A stretch of 32,000 bases of DNA from an uncultured delta proteobacterium (GCA_963765595.1 CAVXXE010000004.1:45902-77901); one strand, 5' to 3'. Counted from the stretch's first letter, positions 25,088-32,000 are shown. Numbers and translations are program-made. The notes: a model not told the origin generated them from the letters alone.

Positions 25088-25385
25088 TTAGTAAATCTCA
25101 ACTTCTGATGGGATCGGAGTTTCATGACTCATAACCGCCTTCCACTTTCCATCAGATTTCACAAATACTATCGTTTCTTTAACAAAGACACGTTTGCCCA
25201 AGCCAGTTGCTTTAACAATGGCTGTGTTTGTTGTGACACCCCATACTAACCCAGTATCGCCAATAACACGATAATCGACCTTATACCACTGAGATTGAGA
25301 AAAATGCGTTTCTAACCACTTACCAAAAAACTGTTTACCCATAGCGGAATTCGTGACCATGGGAAAGGCCTGCGAAGCTGGAAGC
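25088..25385 (-). pseudogene. NTF2/SnoaL-like fold gene, 5' part separated by the IS21-family insertion
   Basis: The 90-aa ORF (..WYKVDYRVIGDTGLVWGVTTNTAIVKATGLGKRVFVKETIVFVKSDGKWKAVMSHE) looks like the C-terminal beta-sheet half of an NTF2-like protein. The same frame stays open upstream (LPASQAFP) right up to the IS end at 25385/25386. Confidence 0.5.
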
Positions 25386-25433
25386 TGATCAACGACAATT
25401 ATTAATTCCCCTCAACGACAATTAAAATTCCCG
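25386..25433. repeat. IS21-family end (istB-distal): TGATCAACGACAATTATTAATTCCC + CTCAACGACAATTAAAATTCCCG
   Basis: Two tandem sub-repeats, mirrored at 28592-28639. Confidence 0.8.
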
Positions 25434-25714
25434 TTTTTCCTGCCTCCTAAGCTATCAACATCATTAAAAAACACTTGCAAAGCATATTTTTTCATATAAT
25501 CTGCGTTTATCCTTCCGGAGGATAGGGCAACGCTGGGGAGCGACCCGAGCGCCGGTGGGATGACCGAAGTATGAGGGCCGTACTTAAAGGTGCGGCCTTT
25601 TACTTTTAATGATCTCATACTTTGGTCCATAATGCACTAAACCCCGGGGGTTTGGGGGCTGGCCCCCAAATAAAATGATACAATTTTTTTTATTGCTCGT
25701 AAAATCCAGTCCAC

Positions 25715-25739
25715 TGATCAACGACAATTAAAATTTCCG
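25715..25739. repeat. Third, internal copy of the IS end repeat (TGATCAACGACAATTAAAATTTCCG), same orientation as 25386
   Basis: The first 16 nt are identical to the outer repeat at 25386. The tail resembles the inner repeat. It lies 329 nt inside the element. Confidence 0.7.
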
Positions 25740-25905
25740 AATTTCACCACGAATTTTGATACCGCCTGTGGGCTAAATTGTTTCCTGAGTCTCCGTGTAC
25801 GTCTTTTGCAAATCCTTCCTCGTTTTCTATGCCAGGTGAAACGGAGGGAACCCAAAGGGCGACCGGAGTTTCACCTGGGTGGCGCTTAGCCGATAACCTT
25901 CGTTT

Positions 25906-26166
25906 TCACCCGTCTATGTATTGTCTATGCAGTGTTCTTGCTCTGCCGTGGTCATGGCCGATATCCGCTCTGGATATGTCGTAAACGTAAAGCGGATAGG
26001 TGTAATCTGTTTCTTTGATTAGGATACTACCTCCCTGTAAATCGGTTATCGAGAAGATGCCATGGCTATCTTCGCATTCGTCAAACCAAGTTGTGTTCTC
26101 ATCCGTAAAATCGATATTAATGGTTTCCAGCCTGCCTTTTTGCGGGTTGTAAACGGTTTGTTCCAT
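25906..26166 (-). CDS. Hypothetical 86-aa passenger ORF downstream of istB inside the IS
   Basis: ATG at 26164-26166 with SD AGGAGA 5 nt upstream (MEQTVYNPQKGRLETINIDFTDENTTWFDECEDSHG...). The track ORF extends to 26295, but that N-terminal extension has no SD. No family recognised. Confidence 0.35.
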   Translation of the reverse strand: MEQTVYNPQKGRLETINIDFTDENTTWFDECEDSHGIFSITDLQGGSILIKETDYTYPLYVYDISRADIGHDHGRARTLHRQYIDG

Positions 26167-26294
26167 ATTTCTTCTCCTATCTTTGATTTGCCGGAAAAAG
26201 GGCTTACGAGAATGCCCTACAATCAACGATCTCTGTCCGGCCCATAGGTTACCATTACTCAAAATCCACTCACTTAGAGCCCTTTGCCGAGCCA

Positions 26295-27053
26295 TCAGGT
26301 TTTTTTGCCCTTATTTTTCTTGGCCACTTCCATCCGGTAACTTTCAATGTTGAGCTCCAGAATCACACTGTGATGCACCAGGCGATCGATAGCAGCTGCG
26401 GCCGTCATCGGATCTTTAAAAATCTGCTCCCATTTGGAAAAAGGCAAATTGCTGGTAATCATCAGGCTGCCGCGTTCGTAACGATCGGCCAAAAATGTAA
26501 ACAGCACCTCCATCTCCTGGCGGCTGTGCTGAACGTATCCGATATCATCGATGATAACCGCATCATAGCGCGATAACTTTTTAAAAACTTTGCTCATCGC
26601 AAGATCCCTTTTAGCAATTAGCAGATCCTGTACCAGCTGGCTGCAGCAGATAAACAGAATCCGTCTGCCTTGTTCGATGAGCTCATGACCGATGGCGCAT
26701 AAAAGGTGGGTCTTGCCGCTGCCCGGATTCCCAAAAGCCAATACATTTTCGCACCGGCTTAAAAAGGAACCGTCGGTTAAAACATTTAAATGCGCAGCCA
26801 CCTTGACCGGTAGACGTTTTTTGTCAAAGTTGGCAAGCGTTTTGGAAGGCGGCAGTTTGGAAGCGCGAAGGTTGCGGGCAATACGATTTTGCCGACGCGC
26901 TTCGCACTCGAGTTTGAGCAGTTCAAGAAGATATTGCTCATAGCTAAACGGCTCTTTTCGTGCCTGATCAGCAATCTGTTGATAACATCCACGCATAGTG
27001 GGCATATGAAGTTGCTTGAGATAGTCGAGGATTTGTTCATCGATAGTCATCAT
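26295..27053 (-). CDS. istB: IS21-family transposition helper ATPase IstB
   Basis: 252 aa. Walker A GNPGSGKTHL and Walker B AVIIDDIGY. Typical IstB N-terminus (LKQLHMPTMRGCY). Confidence 0.95.
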   Translation of the reverse strand: MMTIDEQILDYLKQLHMPTMRGCYQQIADQARKEPFSYEQYLLELLKLECEARRQNRIARNLRASKLPPSKTLANFDKKRLPVKVAAHLNVLTDGSFLSRCENVLAFGNPGSGKTHLLCAIGHELIEQGRRILFICCSQLVQDLLIAKRDLAMSKVFKKLSRYDAVIIDDIGYVQHSRQEMEVLFTFLADRYERGSLMITSNLPFSKWEQIFKDPMTAAAAIDRLVHHSVILELNIESYRMEVAKKNKGKKT

Positions 27054-28528
27054 GCTGTCACCTCCTCAAGCAACTGATCATAGCAAGCCAGATCCACTGC
27101 CGGGACACGCACCTTGGTGGCTACCGGAACCGGTTGGCTGGAGTGCACCAGTGCCTCTACTTGCTCATCGCAGATTCTTATATTTTTATCGATCAGCATT
27201 CGTAATACATCATCGACCGCTGTTTCACTTTCCCGGGCCGCCAAATATAAAATATTCAGATATTGCTTGGCGGCTACTGACTGGGAATGTCGTTGTTTTA
27301 AATCGTCATATGCGATACGGAATCGGCTGGTGGGGAACAGGTCGTCACGATACCGGTAGTTTTCAAATGCACCGGGTTTTCGTATGAGGCTGTCGATAAT
27401 GTGCCGATAATTAATCGCATGCTTGCCCTCACCGCGCAGTCGCGCAAACGTATCAACTCTTTTTTGCCCGTACCATATCTCCAGATGATCCATGTAAAGA
27501 CGCACCTTAATGCGTTCGCCTGTCAGCCGGCTGTCCACTGAGTAGGCATTGTGATTGACCCGGATGACACTGCTGGGTCCCACAGTCATGGAACTTTTTT
27601 TGAATGCATCTATTCGGCGTTTGGGCAAGCGTTGCAAAACCGCTTGCTCCTGAGAAAACCGTTGCCTGCGCCCGGCATTGAGTTGTTTAAACAGCTTTCC
27701 AAGAAATTGCTCATATTCTTGCCGGTCGGCAAAATCCCGGCTGTTTCTTAAAAGTAACGCTTGATCCACCGCCCGCTTGAACCGATGATGGCGCTGTTCC
27801 ACATCTCCGTTTTCATGAGGACTGTTTGGATTGGTCTTGCATCCTTTCAACCTGTAGTGATCTAAAAGATCCTGGTAACGCAGGGTAAATTCATCCGGGT
27901 GGCTGGTCTTTTGCACCGCCGTTGTCAGACAATCGGTGCGATGCATTTCCGGAACCCCTCCCAGTACCCATAAGGCATTTTGCAGTCCCTCGCTCAGACT
28001 CTCAAAACTTTCAGAAAAACATATACTTCCCGTCTCCCAGTTGGAATACGTTAACACAAAGTGATAAATCAGATGATCAAACGGCATGCCACCGATGGTG
28101 ATCTCCAGCTTGTTCATGTTAGTAAAATCCGACTGACCCAACTGGCCGGGATGGTGAAGCTGAGTAAAAAAAACCTCTTTTGCCGGACCTTCCGATGCCC
28201 GCCAAACTTTAATATGCCGTTGTAAGCTGCGAAGCTGCCCATCGGCATACCGACCCGGATTCCGGCGCTGAAGATCCTCGAATATGGTCTTGGCTTCTAA
28301 ACCCGGATTGATCTCCAGCATCAATTTTATCCCATCCCAGCTGTCCTCAAATGGATCTTGGCGCGTCCTCCATGTGTGTGGTTGCTCCAATTCACTGGGC
28401 AGCTTGCCCAGCTTGCGATACTTGCGGGCAGTCTTTTCATCCATTCCCGCCTTGATTGCCGCTATCCCGAAATTCTTTTCTGTCTGTACCAATTTGTATA
28501 ACCTCCTTACCTGTTGGTCCGATACCAT
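27050..28528 (-). CDS. istA: IS21-family transposase IstA
   Basis: 492 aa. N-terminal HTH, DDE core region (QSDFT ... HRTDC ...). 4-nt ATGA overlap with istB. SD AAGGAG upstream. Confidence 0.95.
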   Translation of the reverse strand: MVSDQQVRRLYKLVQTEKNFGIAAIKAGMDEKTARKYRKLGKLPSELEQPHTWRTRQDPFEDSWDGIKLMLEINPGLEAKTIFEDLQRRNPGRYADGQLRSLQRHIKVWRASEGPAKEVFFTQLHHPGQLGQSDFTNMNKLEITIGGMPFDHLIYHFVLTYSNWETGSICFSESFESLSEGLQNALWVLGGVPEMHRTDCLTTAVQKTSHPDEFTLRYQDLLDHYRLKGCKTNPNSPHENGDVEQRHHRFKRAVDQALLLRNSRDFADRQEYEQFLGKLFKQLNAGRRQRFSQEQAVLQRLPKRRIDAFKKSSMTVGPSSVIRVNHNAYSVDSRLTGERIKVRLYMDHLEIWYGQKRVDTFARLRGEGKHAINYRHIIDSLIRKPGAFENYRYRDDLFPTSRFRIAYDDLKQRHSQSVAAKQYLNILYLAARESETAVDDVLRMLIDKNIRICDEQVEALVHSSQPVPVATKVRVPAVDLACYDQLLEEVTA

Positions 28529-28591
28529 CCAAATCGCTCCTTTTCTCTAAAGATTTGGATGGTTCTATCAGTTTTTTTCAGTTTTTGATTT

Positions 28592-28639
28592 CGGGAATTT
28601 TAATTGTCGTCAGGCGGGTATTATAATTGACGCTCATCA
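28592..28639. repeat. IS21-family end (istA-proximal)
   Basis: The reverse complement reads TGATGAGCGTCAATTATAATACCCG + CCTGACGACAATTAAAATTCCCG. Confidence 0.8.
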
Positions 28640-28893
28640 GCACCCAATCCACCATGCGATGTTTCGCCGTATACATCTACCCCTTCTCCTTTGAGCTTTA
28701 TTGCCAAAGTCGTTGCAACTTCATCTAGTTTAAAATCAGCGTAAGTATCGGCGAGAGAGCTCGTGTACGAACGTTGGGGCAATAGACCTCTGGAGGGACA
28801 ATCCTGGGCCTCTCACTGAACTGAATAATCTGGGGTAAGTCAAATATTAACTTTAAAGTTTTAACACTCCCACATCCTAACCGAAAATAACGC

Positions 28894-28923
28894 TTGACAT
28901 TTGCGTACAGAATCAAGTACATT
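28894..28923 (+). promoter_or_regulatory. yefM-yoeB promoter with overlapping operator half-sites
   Basis: TTGACA (28894-28899), 18-nt spacer, TACATT (28918-28923). Two GTAC cores at 28905 and 28917 are exactly 12 bp apart. Confidence 0.5.
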
Positions 28924-28948
28924 TCCTTTAATCATAAAGGAGGAATAT

Positions 28949-29203
28949 ATGGAATCAATAAATTACACAACGTTTCGAAAAGATTTGGCAAAAACCCTTG
29001 ATCGAGTCAACGATGATCATTGTCCTATCCTTATTACACGCCAGAACGGACGAACAGCCGTGCTTCTGTCACTTGATGATTTTAAATCATACGAAGAAAC
29101 AGCATATCTCATGAAGAGCCCCAAAAACGCTGAACGACTCAATGCTGCAATTACTGAATTAGAAAAAGGTAAAGGCATTGAGAGGGAGATTATTGAGGAA
29201 TGA
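28949..29203 (+). CDS. yefM: YefM/Phd-family antitoxin
   Basis: Start at MESINYTTFRKDLAKTLDRVNDDHCPILITRQNG... with SD AAAGGAGG 6 nt upstream. ATGA overlap with yoeB. Confidence 0.85.
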   Translation: MESINYTTFRKDLAKTLDRVNDDHCPILITRQNGRTAVLLSLDDFKSYEETAYLMKSPKNAERLNAAITELEKGKGIEREIIEE

Positions 29204-29454
29204 AACTGTCATGGGCTGAACAAGCATGGGAAGATTACCTTTATTGGCAGAAAACAGACAAAAAAATCCTCAGGCGAATTAACCGTATTATTATAGAAAC
29301 TAAGCGAAATCCATTTGAAGGAATAGGTGAACCTGAACCATTGCGCTACAACTGGAAAGGATATTGGTCACGCCGTATCAATAAAGAGCATCGGTTTGTT
29401 TATAAGGCTAAAAAAGATGAATTGTTAATTGCACAGTGTCGCTACCACTATTGA
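29200..29454 (+). CDS. yoeB: YoeB/Txe-family toxin (ribosome-dependent mRNA interferase)
   Basis: 84 aa. WEDYLYWQKTDKKILRRINRIIIETKRNPFEGIGEPEPL...YWSRRINKEHRFVY...CRYHY is a near-textbook YoeB sequence. Confidence 0.9.
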   Translation: MKLSWAEQAWEDYLYWQKTDKKILRRINRIIIETKRNPFEGIGEPEPLRYNWKGYWSRRINKEHRFVYKAKKDELLIAQCRYHY

Positions 29455-29682
29455 AAATAAGCAAAAAACACTAAGATACCGAAATGAGAGACCTTCCAAC
29501 ATTGTAATGTTCCCACGTTCAAACGTTCACACGTTTAAAGGAACCCATCCTAATCATTTTTACCCAGTGAAATATTTACCCCGTTAAACCATTTTTTGGT
29601 ATTCGTTTTTCTAGGGCCTGTCAATGAGGAGCGAAGCGAATTTCACCGGAGTGATCTTCTCATTTTCTGCTTTCCTGGTTGG

Positions 29683-29731
29683 CTCCAACCTCTTACCTCA
29701 AACCTCCATCCGCAAAGCGCCCACCTTTCAT
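29683..29731. repeat. Degenerate tandem heptamer tract
   Basis: ctccaac ctcttac ctcaaac ctccatc cgcaaag cgcccac ctttcat. Confidence 0.6.
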
Positions 29732-29963
29732 ATTTTTTTCCGCCGTTAGTGTGGCAGACTAATCTTCTAACCTTCCCAGCTTCTGTTTTCATGCCTCTGT
29801 CTTGTATCTTATTAATCTTAACTCGGGTGAACTCAACGAATAGATTTTTCAATGCCAATTTTCTTGGATTCCGGGGTAAACACCAGTTTATGGTCAAAGA
29901 AGATTTGCGAATAAGGATTCCCAATCCACACAAAAAAGACATTGGTAAAAATTTGTTGAAACT

Positions 29964-30085
29964 AATATTGATGGTCTCGTAAAAAGTCCAAAAATTGCCG
30001 ATTTCCAAATTTCGCACCTAATAATTTCAATAACTTATGAATCCACAATTCGAAAATTTTGACTTTTTACGGGATTGTCAATATT
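29964..30085. repeat. 25-nt imperfect inverted repeat (21/25) enclosing 72 nt
   Basis: Left arm AATATTGATGGTCTCGTAAAAAGTC (29964-29988). Right arm GACTTTTTACGGGATTGTCAATATT (30061-30085). Confidence 0.55.
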
Positions 30086-30213
30086 GAAGGAGGCTGAAAT
30101 TTCAAAAGAAACTTGGGAAAAGCTTTAAATTACAAATCAATACCTTAGTGTGGCCCGATCCCGACCAGTAAAGCTTATGGGTCCGGCTTGTCAGGTTTAG
30201 GTTAGCGGTGATC

Positions 30214-31294
30214 TTAAGTGCCATCAGGACTTTTCTTTTGCCGTGACAATTGCTTGGAAATGGCAGAAGTTGAAACACCTAGTTGACGTGCGGTTTCAGC
30301 TTTTGTTAGCCCGTATTCATTGAGAAGCTTCTGCGCAAGGTCTGCTCGCGCTTTTGTAATGGAGCGGTTGCGGCTGCCGTCCGTCATGGCTCCGTATAAA
30401 ATTTCTGTCTGCGACACTCTTCCTTAATGAATCTCTTTGCCTTTAAGATATATTCTTTACCTTTAAATTGCCGGCGGGTATTTTCATCCGACTCATCGAT
30501 CAATTTCTGAACGAATTCACCAATGCCAAGAATTCGTTCATCAGATAGCTCCATAACCCCTGCCTTTCGAATAGCCTTAACAGTGCTCCACCCGCCAAGA
30601 GACCGAATGAGCCCTCCGCCAAGTTCCGGACGATGCCCTTGCTCAATCCCCTCCTTTACAAATTCGAGATATGATATTCTGGCCCCTCTAACCGTTTCTC
30701 CAAACCAACGAAGCACATAGTCACAATCCATCCAGGGATAATCCACTTTCCCCACGATGGCCCCATGCCCGGACCATCTGTAACGATCCAGATCTTTCAT
30801 TGCCAAAACCATATTGGCACGAATTGGATTGAGATGTATATAGCGCACCAATTCCTTAAAATACGGATCTTCTTCACAGACGATCGATTTACCTGCCCCG
30901 TTAAATCTAGTTTAATATAGGTAGTATGCCATTATATAAGAGAATAACTGCTTTTGATGCTATTGATTTTAGGCTCCATTTAACTGGGGTATCGATTTTG
31001 GAATAAGTGGCCATGCCTGCGATGGCGAAGATTGTATGTAATGGCATATCCGGTCAGTAGTCTGCACATGAAATGTGGCAATCCAAATGATCCGCTTTTG
31101 ATCAGAATATGGGCGTGATTGGTCATGAGTGTCCAGGCGAATATGCCGGTTTCGGTCTCGGCAGCAAGCTCGCCCAGACGTGAGACAAAATTCTCGTGGT
31201 CTTTATCATCATCTACAATAGGTCTGTGTTCAATTCCTCGAATAATCACATGGTGCAATGTACCAAGGGCATCCAGACGGGCTCTCCGTGGCAT
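30214..31294 (-). pseudogene. IS200-like (HUH/Y1) transposase with a C-terminal DnaA-C-like HTH, disrupted by a 98-nt insertion and a frameshift
   Basis: N-part MPRRARLDALGTLHHVIIRGIE...TNHAHILI (HUH)...GHLFQNRY stops at the insertion. Beyond it the sequence resumes KSIVCEEDPYFKELVRYIHLNPIRA (catalytic Tyr motif). The frame shifts again near 30418-30430 into ...SQTEILYG...ITKARADLAQKLLNEYGLTKAETARQLGVSTSAISKQL (HTH). Confidence 0.8.
30891..30988. mobile_element. AT-rich 98-nt insertion with terminal inverted repeats (CCCCGTTAAAT ... ATTTAACTGGGG) inside the Y1 transposase gene
   Basis: Deleting exactly 30891-30988 rejoins ...FQNRY|KSIVCEE... in frame. The TIRs match 11 of 12 with one indel. 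Confidence 0.5.
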
Positions 31295-31471
31295 TCTATT
31301 TCCCCAAACTTTTTTGAAATATACCGTTCAGACTCTAATAAGAATTTAGTTGATTTATGTCAACAACGTCCCCTAAAACGTCCCTAATATTTCCTAATTT
31401 TTTCCCAAGCTTCCAATATAGCCAACAAAAATCATATTGACATTGTATATATGTTTTCTTATTGTTGTATT

Positions 31472-31773
31472 ATGAAATTTGAGCATTCTTTACATGGCAT
31501 TCGATTCGAGTGGGATAGCAATAAGTCCGAAACCAACTTGCGCAAACACGGTATCGCTTTCGAAAATGCATGTGAAGTATTTTTTGATCCGTTTCTGCGG
31601 ATGATGGAACCGGAAATTCATAATGGCCAAATACGAGAAATAATCGTCGGGATGACAATGAACTGGAGACATAACTTTACGTAATCTACACAATGCTCAA
31701 GGATGACATTTTTCGCATTATTTCCGCCAGACCGGTCACAAGACATGAGAGGCAACAATATGAAGAGCTATAA
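31472..31773 (+). pseudogene. brnT: BrnT (DUF497) toxin gene with one frameshift
   Basis: MKFEHSLHGIRFEWDSNKSETNLRKHGIAFENACEVFFDP...IVGMTMNWR, then a frame change near 31664-31676 into LYVIYTMLKDDIFRIISARPVTRHERQQYEEL, which is the conserved BrnT C-terminus. Confidence 0.7.
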
Positions 31774-32000
31774 TTTAAAGAAACGTTTACAAAAAAATCG
31801 GCCGATGGATGTAATTAGCCTGAGAATGCCAATGGACGTGATAGATGATTTGAAGCGCATCGCGCCGCTTCTTGGTTTTTCAGGCTACCAACCTTTAATC
31901 CGGGCATATATAGGACAAGGGTTACGAGTTGATCTTGAACGATTGGAAGGTGGCCCTGAACTTTCCAAGTTCGTTGAAAGTTTGAAACGCCGGGGCGTCA
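31760..32000 (+). CDS. brnA: BrnA-like antitoxin, open to the window edge (3' partial)
   Basis: The ATG at 31760 overlaps the end of brnT. MKSYNLKKRLQKNRPMDVISLRMPMDVIDDLKRIAPLLGFSGYQPLIRAYIGQGLRVDLERLE matches the BrnA pattern (..ISLRLP..LLE.LK..A...G..YQ.LIK..L...L). No stop codon before position 32000. Confidence 0.65.
   Translation, partial: MKSYNLKKRLQKNRPMDVISLRMPMDVIDDLKRIAPLLGFSGYQPLIRAYIGQGLRVDLERLEGGPELSKFVESLKRRGV

Larger units (their letters stand above)
25386..28639 (-). mobile_element. IS21-family insertion sequence (istA, istB, one passenger ORF), 3254 bp
   Basis: The two 48-nt ends, each with two tandem sub-repeats, match 36/48 in inverted orientation and begin with TG. The inner 18 nt, CGACAATTAAAATTCCCG, are identical at both ends. 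istA/istB overlap by ATGA. No target-site duplication is visible (flanks ..CTGGAAGC and GCACCCAA..). Confidence 0.85.

Noticed and set aside
25412-25630. ORF 25412..25630 (-) inside the IS end module, and ORF 25778..25984 (+).
   Set aside because: Neither has an SD. The first starts inside the terminal repeats. Both span predicted stems. The region is better treated as non-coding.
29579-29588. A third occurrence of CCCCGTTAAA, matching the left TIR of the 98-nt insert.
   Set aside because: A 10-nt match is expected many times by chance in 32 kb, and no matching right end lies nearby.
29596-30017. ORFs 29596..29982 (+) and 29643..30017 (-). A third minus-strand frame reads NVFFVWIGNPYSQIFFDHKLVFTPESKKIGIEKSIR.
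   Set aside because: The two ORFs are mutually overlapping and cross a heptamer tract and the inverted-repeat arm. The third-frame fragment has no start codon and I cannot place it in a family. It may be gene debris.
1-32000. Taxonomic assignment to a sulfate-reducing Desulfobacterales-type deltaproteobacterium.
   Set aside because: It is suggested only by gene content (tungsten-type AOR, a phenol-type anaerobic activation set, UbiD/UbiX). There is no marker gene in the window, so it is left as an impression rather than a call.

Overview
The window has two parts.

(1) Positions 1-19.3 kb look like an anaerobe-type aromatic or aldehyde catabolic island.
- It starts with a frameshifted Cys-type arylsulfatase.
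- An IclR regulator is divergent from an operon of a small zinc-ribbon protein, a tungsten-type aldehyde:ferredoxin oxidoreductase (AOR) and a polyferredoxin.
- A long minus-strand gene string follows: phenylphosphate-synthase-like large and small subunits, a UbiD-family (de)carboxylase, an aryl-CoA ligase, a UPF0261/Tm-1-like ATP-binding protein and UbiX.
- A LysR regulator is divergent from that string, and two further tandem UPF0261 paralogues lie beyond it.
- The parts list resembles the phosphorylation/carboxylation/CoA-ligation route for phenol, aniline or catechol. It lacks several canonical subunits and carries three UPF0261 genes instead. This is my best candidate for an undescribed system.

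(2) Positions 19.3-32 kb are an AT-richer accessory region that is decaying.
- Genes: a multiply disrupted flavin-reductase-like gene, a DinB-like protein, a gene-less 1.1 kb with structured islands, a secreted alpha/beta hydrolase and a secreted beta-helix protein.
- Mobile and addiction elements: a 3.25-kb IS21-family element (istA, istB and a passenger ORF) inserted in an NTF2-like gene, an intact yefM-yoeB, and a frameshifted brnT with brnA.
- An IS200-like Y1 transposase with a DnaA-C-type HTH tail is a pseudogene split by a 98-nt insertion.

Across the window, many spacers contain degenerate tandem 7-nt units that drift along each tract. Two such arrays bracket the UPF0261 pair and share 10-11-nt words in an unusual arrangement, with each word strand-flipped but the order kept.

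I saw no rRNA, tRNA or CRISPR. All calls come from reading the sequence; no database search was possible.
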